Of a stretch of 64,000 nucleotides of DNA, positions 10,921 to 20,300 are shown in pieces. The notes below the pieces were generated by a model. That model saw only the letters and a list, made by a program, of their open reading frames with translations. It was not told the DNA's origin and made no database searches. The stretch is from Stappia sp. Its GTDB lineage: Bacteria > Pseudomonadota > Alphaproteobacteria > Rhizobiales > Stappiaceae. The position numbers and the translations under genes are program-made. The stretch lies in the NCBI RefSeq assembly GCF_965228715.1, contig NZ_OZ245833.1. One strand, given 5' to 3'. Numbering within the stretch: the first letter of the stretch is position 1; each line of letters begins with the position of its first letter.

Positions 10921-10949
10921 ATGTAGGAGCGGAAGGGCGCCGCTGTCAA
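10921..10949 (-). promoter_or_regulatory. sigma70-type promoter upstream of trpA-accD-folC
   Basis: Minus strand TTGACA-N17-CTACAT. Confidence 0.65.
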
Positions 10950-11019
10950 TCGGACCGCGCGCAAGGGCGGCATGCCGTGGCGGCGCGGAGGGACGCGACC
11001 GTCCGTCCGCGCCCCGTGG

Positions 11020-12183
11020 TCACAGCCTGCCGGACAGGGCCGCGTCGAAGATCGCGCGCGCGCCCTCCTTGGTCAGTTCGATCGGATTGCCGCCGGCGGT
11101 CGGATCGACCACGGCCATCTCGGCGATGGTCTCGGCCTTCGATCCGTCGACCTTGAGGCCCTCGAGCGTGGCCGGCACGTCCAGGTCGGCGCGCAGCTTC
11201 AGGATCTCGTCCATGAAGCCGTCGAACCCGCCGGACATGCCGAGATACCCCGACAGGCGCTCGATCTTGCCCTCGATGGCGGACCGGTTGAACGCCAGCA
11301 CATAGGGCATGAAGACCGCATTGGTCATGCCGTGGTGGGTGTCGTAGAGCGCGCCGACCGGGTGCGAGAGCGCATGGATCGCGCCAAGGCCCTTCTGGAA
11401 GGCGACCGCGCCCATGGCGGCGGCCGACATCATGTGGCCGCGCGCGACGAGATCGTCCGGCGTTTCGGCGACCCGGCGCAGGTTCTCGAACACCAGCCGA
11501 AGGCCCTCCACGGCGATACCGTCGCCCATGGGGTGATAGAAGGTCGAGGAATAGGCCTCCAGGCAATGCGCCAGCGCATCCATGCCGGTGCCGACCGTGA
11601 AGTAGCGCGGCATCCCCACCGTCAGCTCGGGATCGCAGATGACGATGCCCGGCAGCATCTTCGGATGGAAGATGACCTTCTTGGTGTGGGTTTCCTCGTT
11701 GGTGATGACGCCGGCGCGCCCCACCTCGGACCCTGTGCCGGCCGTGGTCGGAACGGCGAGAATCGGCGCGATGCCGTCCGGATCGGCACGGGTCCACCAG
11801 TCGCCGATGTCCTCGAAGTCCCACATCGGCCGGGTCTGGCCGGCCATGAAGGCAATGACCTTGCCCGCGTCGAGGCCTGAGCCGCCGCCATAGGCGATGA
11901 CGCCGTCATGGTCGCCGGACCGGAAGGCGGCCACGCCGGCTTCCACGTTCCCGGCGGTCGGGTTCGGCTTGATCTCGCTGAAAAGGCCCGGCTCGAGGCC
12001 GCCGGCCTTCAGCAGATCGAGGGCCTCGCCGATCATCGGCAGGCGGGCAAGCCCGGGATCGGTGACGATCAGCGGGCGCTTCATGCCGAGGCTCTCGGCG
12101 GCGGCGGCCAGTTCCCTGATGCGACCGGCGCCAAAACGCAGGGCGGTGGGGTAGGACCAGTTGACGGAGGGCGTGGTGCTCAT
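11020..12183 (-). CDS. Iron-containing alcohol dehydrogenase
   Basis: GGGSGLD, PTTAGTGSE, GMDALAHCLE, GAIHALSH, HHGMTN. Confidence 0.93.
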   Translation of the reverse strand: MSTTPSVNWSYPTALRFGAGRIRELAAAAESLGMKRPLIVTDPGLARLPMIGEALDLLKAGGLEPGLFSEIKPNPTAGNVEAGVAAFRSGDHDGVIAYGGGSGLDAGKVIAFMAGQTRPMWDFEDIGDWWTRADPDGIAPILAVPTTAGTGSEVGRAGVITNEETHTKKVIFHPKMLPGIVICDPELTVGMPRYFTVGTGMDALAHCLEAYSSTFYHPMGDGIAVEGLRLVFENLRRVAETPDDLVARGHMMSAAAMGAVAFQKGLGAIHALSHPVGALYDTHHGMTNAVFMPYVLAFNRSAIEGKIERLSGYLGMSGGFDGFMDEILKLRADLDVPATLEGLKVDGSKAETIAEMAVVDPTAGGNPIELTKEGARAIFDAALSGRL

Positions 12184-12273
12184 GAGCAGTCGACCTTGAG
12201 GGATTGGAAGGAACCGGTCCGGCACACCGTGCGCCGGATCCGGGAAACGTGGAAACCGGACCCCGTGTGCGGG

Positions 12274-13662
12274 TCAGGTCTTCGTGCGAAGGTGGTAGGA
12301 CTTGGGCCGGGTAAGCGACAGGTAGCCGAGCTCGGACAGGGCCGCGCCCTTGCCGGTCTCCTTCACGCCGGTCCACACCAGGGCCGGATCGAGGTAGTCG
12401 CAGCGGTTCATGAACACGGTGCCGGTCTCGACCCGGTCGCCGATGGAGATCGCCGCCGCCTCGTCGGAGGTCCAGATCGAGGCCGTGAGCCCGTAGGGGC
12501 TGTCGTTCATGAGGGCGATCGCCTCCTCGTCGGAGCGCACCTTCATGACGCCGACGACGGGACCGAAGCTCTCCTCGCGCATGACCGACATCTGGTGATC
12601 CACGTCCACCAGAACCTGCGGCATCAGGTAGGCCGTGCCCTCGCGGTCCTCGGGGAAAAGCTTCGGGTCGACCAGCGCCTTCGCGCCCTTGCGCAGCGCC
12701 TCGGCGGTCTGCTCGCGCACATGAGCGGCGAAGCGGGCCTGGGCCATCGGGCCGAGGGTGGTCGCCTCCTCGAGCGGATTGCCGAGCTTGTAGTTGGAGG
12801 CGAAGGCAACGAGCCCCTCGACCACCTGGTCGTAGTGCTTCTCGTGCACATAGACACGCTCAACGCCGCAGCAGCACTGGCCGGCGTTGAAGAAGGCGCC
12901 ATCGCCCATGCCCTCGATGGCGAAGGCCACGTCCGCGTCCTCGCGCACGTAGGAGGGATCCTTGCCGCCAAGCTCGAGACCGAGCGAGGCGAAAGTGCCC
13001 GCCGCCGCCTTCTCGATGGCACGTCCGCCACCGACGGAGCCGGTGAAGTTGATGTGGTCGATCCGCCCGGACGCGAGCAGTTGCTCGGTCTGGCCGTGGT
13101 TGAGCACGATGTTGCGGAACACGCCCTTCGGCACGCCGGCGATCTCGAAGGCCTTCGCCAGCCGCTCGCCGACGAGCAGGGTCTGGGCGGCGTGCTTGAG
13201 GATCACCGTGTTGCCGGCGATGAGCGCCGGCACGATGGTGTTGATCGCCGTCATGAACGGGTAGTTCCATGGCGCGATGATCAGCACGACGCCAAGCGGC
13301 TCAGGCTTCACGTAGCGGGTGAAGCCGGGACGGTCCGTGTGATGACGCGGCGCCAGCGCCTCTTCCGCGATCTTCACCATGTAGTCGGCGCGCTCGCGGG
13401 TGCCGCCCTTCTCGCCGCCATAGCGCACGGGACGGCCCATCTGCCAGGCGAGTTCGGGAACGATCTCGTCGTTCATGGCCTCGAGCGCGGCGACGGCGGC
13501 GAGCACCGCGTCGCAGCGCTCGGAGAGCGGCGTCGCGGCCCAGGCCGCCTGCGCGCTGCGCGCCTCGGCCACCGCCTTGTCGATCTCGGCGGCGCTCGCC
13601 ACCGGGCGTTCGGCATAGACCGAGCCGTCGACGGGGGTAATCAGCTTGATCGTGTCGCTCAT
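12274..13662 (-). CDS. Aldehyde dehydrogenase
   Basis: APWNYP, FTGSVGGG, LELGGKDP, NAGQCC, EESFGP. Confidence 0.95.
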   Translation of the reverse strand: MSDTIKLITPVDGSVYAERPVASAAEIDKAVAEARSAQAAWAATPLSERCDAVLAAVAALEAMNDEIVPELAWQMGRPVRYGGEKGGTRERADYMVKIAEEALAPRHHTDRPGFTRYVKPEPLGVVLIIAPWNYPFMTAINTIVPALIAGNTVILKHAAQTLLVGERLAKAFEIAGVPKGVFRNIVLNHGQTEQLLASGRIDHINFTGSVGGGRAIEKAAAGTFASLGLELGGKDPSYVREDADVAFAIEGMGDGAFFNAGQCCCGVERVYVHEKHYDQVVEGLVAFASNYKLGNPLEEATTLGPMAQARFAAHVREQTAEALRKGAKALVDPKLFPEDREGTAYLMPQVLVDVDHQMSVMREESFGPVVGVMKVRSDEEAIALMNDSPYGLTASIWTSDEAAAISIGDRVETGTVFMNRCDYLDPALVWTGVKETGKGAALSELGYLSLTRPKSYHLRTKT

Positions 13663-13804
13663 TTCACACCCAATCATCCTCCGGCCTCGTCGTGGGCCGG
13701 TTTCTTGACGCCGTGCGCTCCGCACGGCCGGTGAACGCCAATGCCGCCCCCGGCGGGGACGCGGCGGCGTTCCGTCTCGCTGACCTTGCCCGGATGCGGG
13801 AAGG

Positions 13805-15172
13805 TCACGCCCGCTCGAAACCGCGGGCGAGTTCGTAGTCGGTGACCACGCGGTCGAACTCTTCCTGCTCCCACTCCGCCGCGCGGACGTAGTGGTCGAT
13901 CACGTCGTCGCCGAAGGTCTCGCGCAGCATCTTCGACTTGCGAAGGGTCTCGCTTGCGGCCCTGAGCGTGCGCGGCACGTCCTTCAGCCGGCGCGACCGG
14001 TAGAGATCGCCGGTGACCGGCGCGTCCAGCTCCAGCTTCTCCTCCATCCCGCGAATGCCGGCGGCAAGCTGCACGGCAAGCGCCAGATAGGGATTGAGGT
14101 CCGAGCCGCCGATGCGGCACTCGACGCGCACCGCCTTCGTGCCCTCGCCGCACAGGCGGAAGCCGGCCGTGCGGTTGTCGATGGACCAGGCCGTCTTCGT
14201 CGGGGCGAAGGTGCCCTCCTGGAAGCGCTTGTAGCTGTTCACATAGGGCGCGAGGAAGGCGGTGTAATCGGAGGCGTAGCGGATCAGTCCGGCCATGTAG
14301 TGGCGCATGGTCCGCGACATGCCGTGCTCGGCGTCGGGATCATGGAAGACGGGCTTGCCGTCCTTCGTCCACAGCGACTGGTGCACATGGGTGGCGGAAC
14401 CGACCTTGTCGCGGTGCCACTTGGGCATGAAGGTCACCGCGTGACCCTGCTGCCAGGCGACCTCCTTGGTCGCGTGCTTGGCGATGGTGTGAAAATCGGC
14501 GGTGGCGAGCGCCTCCGCATAGCGGATGTTGAGCTCCTCCTGGCCGGTTTCCGCCTCGCCCTTGGAGTTCTCGACCGGAATGCCGGCGGCCACCAGATGG
14601 TTGCGCAGCGGCCGCATGACGGCCTCCTCGCGGGTGGTCTGGAGGATGGAATAGTCCTCGTTGTAGCCCGAGATCGGCGCAAGATCGCGGAAGCCGGACT
14701 TGCGGATCTCGTCAAAGCCCTTCTCGAACAGGAAGAACTCCAGCTCGGTCGCCATCATGGCCGTGAGGCCCATGGCCTCCAGCCGCGCGATCTGGGTCTT
14801 GAGCATGGTGCGCGGCGAATGGGGCACCGGCTCATGCGTGTGATGGTCGAGCACGTCGCACAGCACCATCGCCGTTCCCTCGAGCCACGGCACGGGCCGC
14901 AGCGTGGAGAGGTCGGGCTTCATCACGTAGTCGCCGTAGCCCGCCGCCCAGCTCGTCGAGCGGTAGCCCTCGACGGTGTACATCTCCAGGTCGGTTGCCA
15001 GCAGGTAATTGCAGCAATGGGTCTCGGCGTGGGAATGCTCGATGAAATTGGAGACATGGAAGCGCTTGCCCATCAACCGGCCCTGCATGTCGACCAGGCA
15101 GACGAGCACGGTGTCGATGGTGCCGTCAGCGGCGGCGCTCTTGAGGGCTTCAAAGGTCATGGTGCCGGACAT
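13805..15172 (-). CDS. Glutamine synthetase-family gamma-glutamyl-amine ligase
   Basis: DMQGRLMGKR, ATELEFFLF, EAETGQEE, GSATHVHQSL, NRTAGFR, ECRIGGSDLNPYL. Confidence 0.9.
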   Translation of the reverse strand: MSGTMTFEALKSAAADGTIDTVLVCLVDMQGRLMGKRFHVSNFIEHSHAETHCCNYLLATDLEMYTVEGYRSTSWAAGYGDYVMKPDLSTLRPVPWLEGTAMVLCDVLDHHTHEPVPHSPRTMLKTQIARLEAMGLTAMMATELEFFLFEKGFDEIRKSGFRDLAPISGYNEDYSILQTTREEAVMRPLRNHLVAAGIPVENSKGEAETGQEELNIRYAEALATADFHTIAKHATKEVAWQQGHAVTFMPKWHRDKVGSATHVHQSLWTKDGKPVFHDPDAEHGMSRTMRHYMAGLIRYASDYTAFLAPYVNSYKRFQEGTFAPTKTAWSIDNRTAGFRLCGEGTKAVRVECRIGGSDLNPYLALAVQLAAGIRGMEEKLELDAPVTGDLYRSRRLKDVPRTLRAASETLRKSKMLRETFGDDVIDHYVRAAEWEQEEFDRVVTDYELARGFERA

Positions 15173-15277
15173 GGGGCGTTCGTTCCCGGTTAGGCTTTCG
15201 TACGGTGTCAAACGCCGGACGGGCCGGCGCGGGGAGGGACCGGAGGGCGGACATGCCGCCCCCCGGCACCGTCGTCA

Positions 15278-16327
15278 TCAGGTGTAGCGGTAGGGCCGGC
15301 CGGCCTTGCGCATGTCGGCGTTGTATTTCTTGAAGATCTCCACGACCTTGGCCTTGACCTCGGACTGTTCCGCGATCTCGTCCCAGAAGACTTCCGCCGC
15401 ATCCTCCACGGTCGCCCACTCGGCATCCGGGATCGAGGTCAGCTCCATCTTGGTGCCGTTGACGCGAAGGCTCGCCTCGCCGCCCCAGTACCACCACTGA
15501 CGGTAGTAGTGGGACGCATCCATCGCGAGCTGCAGCATCGTCTTCAGGTGATCCGGCAGCTCGTTCCACTTCTCCATGTTGGCGAAGAAGGACCCGGCCC
15601 AGGCACCGGAGATGTTGTTGGTCAGGAAGTAGTTGGTCACATCGGCCCAGCCGACCGTGTAGTCCTCGGTGATGCCCGACCACGCCACGCCGTCAAGCTC
15701 GCCGGTCTGCAGCGCCACCTCGATGTCCTCCCAGGGCAGCGTCACCGGAACGACACCGAACTGTGCGAGGAACCGGCCCGCCGTCGGGAAGGTGAAGACG
15801 CGCTTGCCCTTGAGGTCGGCAAGGCTGCGGATCGGATCCTTGGTGGCGAAGTGGCACGGATCCCAGGCGCCGGCCGAGATGTGCTTCACGCCGACCTTGG
15901 CGTATTCCTCCTCCCAGATCTCCTTCAGGCCGTACTGGTTGAACAGCACCGGCACGTCCAGCGAATAGCGGCTGGCGAAGGGGAAGTAACCGCCGAAGAC
16001 GGTGACTTCCGTCGGCGAGGCCATGGAGTCGTCGTCCGACTGCACCGCGTCGATGGTGCCGCGCTGCATCGCGCGGAACAGCTCCGAGGTCGGCACGAGC
16101 TGGTCGGCGAAGTAGAGCTCCACCTCCATCTGACCGTTCGCGGCCTTGTTGAAGGCATCGATATGCGGCTTGATCACATGTTCCGCCAGCGCCGGACCGG
16201 CGTAGGTCTGCAGGCGCCACTTGATCGGCGCCTGGCCCAGAACCGCCGGGGCGGCGAGCGTGGAGGCTCCGGCAGCGGCAACGGTGCCAAGGCCCGCATT
16301 CTTCAGAAAATCGCGTCTGTTGGTCAT
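15278..16327 (-). CDS. TRAP substrate-binding protein DctP with Tat signal
   Basis: MTNRRDFLK twin-arginine leader, APAV...WRLQT, ALQTGELDG. Confidence 0.92.
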   Translation of the reverse strand: MTNRRDFLKNAGLGTVAAAGASTLAAPAVLGQAPIKWRLQTYAGPALAEHVIKPHIDAFNKAANGQMEVELYFADQLVPTSELFRAMQRGTIDAVQSDDDSMASPTEVTVFGGYFPFASRYSLDVPVLFNQYGLKEIWEEEYAKVGVKHISAGAWDPCHFATKDPIRSLADLKGKRVFTFPTAGRFLAQFGVVPVTLPWEDIEVALQTGELDGVAWSGITEDYTVGWADVTNYFLTNNISGAWAGSFFANMEKWNELPDHLKTMLQLAMDASHYYRQWWYWGGEASLRVNGTKMELTSIPDAEWATVEDAAEVFWDEIAEQSEVKAKVVEIFKKYNADMRKAGRPYRYT

Positions 16328-16463
16328 GGTTGTCTTTCCCCTTCTGTCGCGTTCGCTTGCCCGGACGGTCCGCCGACCACCCGGAGGTCTCGCGGGCTTT
16401 GCGCCCGTCTTTCCCGGTTTCCCGGGCAACTCGCGCGCGGTGTCCCGCGCCATGCCCGGCCGC

Positions 16464-17804
16464 TCAGCGGCCGTAGACCAGATCCGGCAGCCACAGGGCG
16501 ATCTCAGGGAACAGCATCAGGATCGCCAGCGCCAGAACCATCACCGTCACGAAGGGCAGGATGGAGCCGTAGATGTCGCGCAGGCTGATTTCAGGCGGAG
16601 CCATGGCGCGCATCAGGAACAGGTTGTAGCCGAACGGCGGGGTCATGTAGGCGATCTGCGTCGTCACCGTGTAGAGCACGCCGTACCAGATCAGCACCTC
16701 GTCGCGCGGCAGGCCGAGGTCGAGCGTCGCCACGAGCGGCACGTAGAGCGGCGCCACGATGACGAGCATCGCCGTGTCGTCCAGGAAGGTGCCCATCACC
16801 AGGAACGAGAGCTGCATCAGGATCAGGATCATCCAGGGTGACAGGCCGAGCTTCTCGGTGAAGAGGTCGGAAATCGCGTTGACCGCGCCGAGGCCGTCGA
16901 ACACCGCGCCGAAGCCCAGCGCCGCGAGGATGATCCACATGAACATGCAGGAGATGGCCAGCGTCTGGCGCGTGGAAGTCTCGAACACCTTCCAGGTCAT
17001 GCGCCCGCGCAGCACCGCCGCCAGAAGCGCGGCAAGCGCGCCGATCGCGGAGCTTTCCACCAGGCTGGTCCAGCCGTTGACGAAGGGCACCATCATGGCC
17101 GCGAAGATGGCGATCGGCAGGATGCCGGCGCCGAGAAGGCGGATCTTCTCCGCCCGCGGCACGTTGCGTTCCTCGGCCGGCAGCGCCGGACCGAGCTCCG
17201 GGTTCAGCCGGCAGCGCACCGCGATGTAGACGATGAACATCGTCGCCATCATGAGACCGGGGACCACGCCGGCGAGCCAGAGCTGGCCGACGGGCGCGCG
17301 GGCGATCATGGCATAGAGCACCAGCACCACCGATGGCGGCACGAGAATGCCGAGTGACGAGCCGGCCTGGATGACGCCGGTCACCATCTTCTTGTTGTAG
17401 CCGCGCTTGAGCAGCTCCGGCAGGGCGATGGTGGCGCCGATGGCCATGCCGGCGACCGAAAGCCCGTTCATGGCGGAGATCAGAACCATCAGGCCGATGG
17501 TGCCGATGGCGAGCCCCCCGGGCACCGGCCCCATCCAGACATGGAACATGCGGTAGAGATCGTCGGCGATCTTGGATTCCGACAGCACGTAACCCATGAA
17601 GATGAACATCGGCAGGGTGAGAAGCGGATACCACTTCATGAGCTTCATGGCGGCGGCGAACGGCACTTCCGCCCCGCCCGTGCCCCAAAGCGCCAGCGCG
17701 GCCACCGCCGCGACGCCGCCGATCGCGCCGAAGACGCGTTGCCCCGTGAGGAGCATCAACATCATCGAGGCGAACATGAGCAGGGCGATCATCTCGTAGG
17801 ACAT
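16464..17804 (-). CDS. TRAP large permease DctM
   Basis: GSSLGILVPPSVVLVLY, YMTPPFGYNLF; 3' part of track ORF 16464..18845. Confidence 0.92.
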   Translation of the reverse strand: MSYEMIALLMFASMMLMLLTGQRVFGAIGGVAAVAALALWGTGGAEVPFAAAMKLMKWYPLLTLPMFIFMGYVLSESKIADDLYRMFHVWMGPVPGGLAIGTIGLMVLISAMNGLSVAGMAIGATIALPELLKRGYNKKMVTGVIQAGSSLGILVPPSVVLVLYAMIARAPVGQLWLAGVVPGLMMATMFIVYIAVRCRLNPELGPALPAEERNVPRAEKIRLLGAGILPIAIFAAMMVPFVNGWTSLVESSAIGALAALLAAVLRGRMTWKVFETSTRQTLAISCMFMWIILAALGFGAVFDGLGAVNAISDLFTEKLGLSPWMILILMQLSFLVMGTFLDDTAMLVIVAPLYVPLVATLDLGLPRDEVLIWYGVLYTVTTQIAYMTPPFGYNLFLMRAMAPPEISLRDIYGSILPFVTVMVLALAILMLFPEIALWLPDLVYGR

Positions 17805-18403
17805 CAAAGCTCCTCCCCGTTGATGCGGGCGATGTCCTTCACAAGCTCCGAGATCGCCTGGAGCAACATCAGGAAGAAGCCGAGCAGCATGACGAACTTG
17901 ACCGGCCACAGGTAGGGACGCCAGGCCGTGGGGCTGCGCTCCACGTAGCCGATGACCTCGCCGGCGGCATCCGGGCCGCCGGTGACGAAGGCCACGATCA
18001 GGTCCTTGAAGAAAACGAAGGGCTCGGTGCCGAAATGACCGAGCGAATAGGCCGTCGAGCTGAGCGCGCCCCAGATCAGGACGCAGAGGTAGAACATCAG
18101 CACGAACACCGTGAAGGCGTCGAACCACGCCTTCCTGCGCGGCGACCAGGCCGAATAGAACAGGTCCATGCGCACGTTGGAACCGAGCTGGATCGACCAG
18201 GGGCCGCCGAGGATGTAGTAGCCGACCATCAGGAACTGGGCGACCTCGAGCGTCCACAGCGAGGGATTGAAGAAGGTCTTGGAGGCGGACGACCACAGGA
18301 GGACGCCCATCATCGCGAACAGGCCGAACATGACAACGCGCCCGAGGCCGGCGTTGAACCGGTCGACGGTGCGCACGTAGCCGCGGGCGACGGAGCGCAT
18401 CAT
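17804..18403 (-). CDS. TRAP small permease DctQ
   Basis: WTLEVAQF, VRMDLFY, hydrophobic helices; coupled to dctM. Confidence 0.88.
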   Translation of the reverse strand: MMRSVARGYVRTVDRFNAGLGRVVMFGLFAMMGVLLWSSASKTFFNPSLWTLEVAQFLMVGYYILGGPWSIQLGSNVRMDLFYSAWSPRRKAWFDAFTVFVLMFYLCVLIWGALSSTAYSLGHFGTEPFVFFKDLIVAFVTGGPDAAGEVIGYVERSPTAWRPYLWPVKFVMLLGFFLMLLQAISELVKDIARINGEEL

Positions 18404-19194
18404 GCCACGCCTCCCAGCAACGCGCGCCGCGCCGCCTCCATCGCGCGGGCGAGGCGCTCGGCCCACAGCCGCTCCCCGGCCTCGTCACGAAGCTCGTCGT
18501 TGCGGATCTCCACCATGGCGCAGGGAAGACCCCGGCTCTCGGCGTGCCGGTCGAGCGTGTAGTAGACGCCATCGAGCGGCGCATAGGGCTCGTTGTCGCC
18601 CAGATCGGAAATACCCTGCCCGGCGAGATCCGCCAGCATCGCCTCGGCGACGCGGCGGTCGACATTCGACAGGATTCCGACGGGCCACGGCCGGGACACG
18701 CCCTTGTAGACCGGCGTGAACGTGTGGATCGACACGACGATGCTCGCCAGCCCGGCCTGCTCGCGGTCAGCCATGAGCTCCTCGATCGCCGCATGGAAGG
18801 GAGCATGGGACAACGCGATGCGCGCGGCGCGCGCCGGTTCGTCAAGCCCCTTGTTGCCGGGAACCTCGGTGGTTTCGCTCACCTCCGGCACAAGGTCGCG
18901 GGCACCGGGATCGCGGTTGCAGTCGATCACGAGGCGGGAGACGTCAGGCCAGACGAGCGGCGCGTCGAGAAGGGCGGAAAGATGCCGCGAGACGCCAAGG
19001 GCCCCCGGATCCCAGGCGATATGGGCGCGCCGGGCCGCCTCGTCGAGACCGAGATCGCCGAACTCCGGAGGGATGCGGTTGGAGGCATGGTCGCACAGCA
19101 GGACGAAGGGCCCTTGCGCGCCCGCATTCTCGATGCGGATCACAGTGCTGGCGTCCGGCGCCACGGCTCCATCGGGTGCCTTTTCCGGCAACAT
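18400..19194 (-). CDS. N-formylglutamate amidohydrolase-family hydrolase
   Basis: LLCDHASN, HIAWDPGA, SRLVIDCNR, SIHTFTP, DNEPY, EIRND. Confidence 0.9.
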   Translation of the reverse strand: MLPEKAPDGAVAPDASTVIRIENAGAQGPFVLLCDHASNRIPPEFGDLGLDEAARRAHIAWDPGALGVSRHLSALLDAPLVWPDVSRLVIDCNRDPGARDLVPEVSETTEVPGNKGLDEPARAARIALSHAPFHAAIEELMADREQAGLASIVVSIHTFTPVYKGVSRPWPVGILSNVDRRVAEAMLADLAGQGISDLGDNEPYAPLDGVYYTLDRHAESRGLPCAMVEIRNDELRDEAGERLWAERLARAMEAARRALLGGVA

Positions 19195-19262
19195 TCGCCT
19201 CTCCCCCGGGCGACGGCGCAGGCGAGCGCCGTCCCGTCCACTCGTTACCGGCCAGGGTCGCG

Positions 19263-19319
19263 CTGTTATATTTGTTACAGAATTGCGTTAGCCTGGCCTT
19301 CCTGTATGATTTGATACAG
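19263..19319. promoter_or_regulatory. Two related 18-bp imperfect palindromes, likely RpiR operators
   Basis: CTGTTA-N6-TTACAG (19263-19280) and CTGTAT-N6-ATACAG (19302-19319) between the divergent genes. Confidence 0.6.
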
Positions 19320-19386
19320 CGATCGGCGGATTGTCAATCGCCATTGCGCGACAAGCCGTAACCGGCAGAAAAGACGAGACCGGATC

Positions 19387-20289
19387 ATGACGGGGGAGGA
19401 AGACGGACACGCGGCGAACCGGGCGCTGGCGGAGGAAATCCGCCACAGGCTCGGAGAATGCACCGCGACCGAACGGCGCGCGGCGCTGGCGCTGCTTGCC
19501 AATTATCCCATGCTCGGGCTCGGCACCGTGGCCCAGTTCGCATCCGCCGCCGGTGTGAGTTCGCCGACGATCCTGCGCTTTGCCGCCCGCATGGGCTTTT
19601 CCACCTACGCCGCGTTGCAGACCCGGCTCAGGACGGAACTGGAGGACCAGCTCCGCTCACCGCTCGCCAAGGCGAAGGCGGGCGAGGGCGATGCCGCGGA
19701 CGGGCACGCCAGGGGGCCCTCGGCCATCGCGGCGGCAGCGGGGCGCAACATCGACGAGACCTTCCGTCACCTGCCCGAGGCGGAGCTTGCCGCCGTCGTC
19801 GGACTGCTTGCCGACGAACGACGGCGCATCTTCCTTCTCGGCGGACGCTTCACCGACGCGCTGGCGCGCTACATGGCCGCGCATCTGCGCATCGTGCGTC
19901 CCGGCGTCACCCACCTGGCCGGCCAGGAAGGTAACTGGCGCGACACGCTGCTCGACATGGGGCGGCGCGACGTGCTCGTGGTGTTCGACATCCGCCGCTA
20001 CCAGGACGACCTCGCGCGCATGGCCCGCGCGGCCGCCGGGCTCGGTGTCTCGGTGGTTCTCGTCACCGACAGCTGGCTCTCGCCCATCGCCGCCGTGTCG
20101 GCACACGTGCTGCCGGCCCGGGTGACGGTGCCCAGCCCCTGGGACTCGGGCGCCGCCCTTCTGGTGATCGCCGAGGCCCTCGTCGCGGGGGTGACCCGCC
20201 AGGATCCCGGACGCAGCGAGCGGCGCATGGCACAGATCGAGGGCTATCGGGATGCCGGCGATCCGCCGGCGGATTCCTCGATCTCCTAG
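19387..20289 (+). CDS. MurR/RpiR-family regulator (HTH plus SIS)
   Basis: A...GVSSPTILRFAARMGF, VFDIRRY, VLVTDSWLSP. Confidence 0.9.
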   Translation: MTGEEDGHAANRALAEEIRHRLGECTATERRAALALLANYPMLGLGTVAQFASAAGVSSPTILRFAARMGFSTYAALQTRLRTELEDQLRSPLAKAKAGEGDAADGHARGPSAIAAAAGRNIDETFRHLPEAELAAVVGLLADERRRIFLLGGRFTDALARYMAAHLRIVRPGVTHLAGQEGNWRDTLLDMGRRDVLVVFDIRRYQDDLARMARAAAGLGVSVVLVTDSWLSPIAAVSAHVLPARVTVPSPWDSGAALLVIAEALVAGVTRQDPGRSERRMAQIEGYRDAGDPPADSSIS

Positions 20290-20300
20290 GGTGTGGCCCC

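Noticed and set aside
17805-18845. Apparent fusion upstream of dctM (793-aa ORF)
   Set aside because: Upstream part overlaps dctQ and the amidohydrolase; dctM has its own start at 17804.
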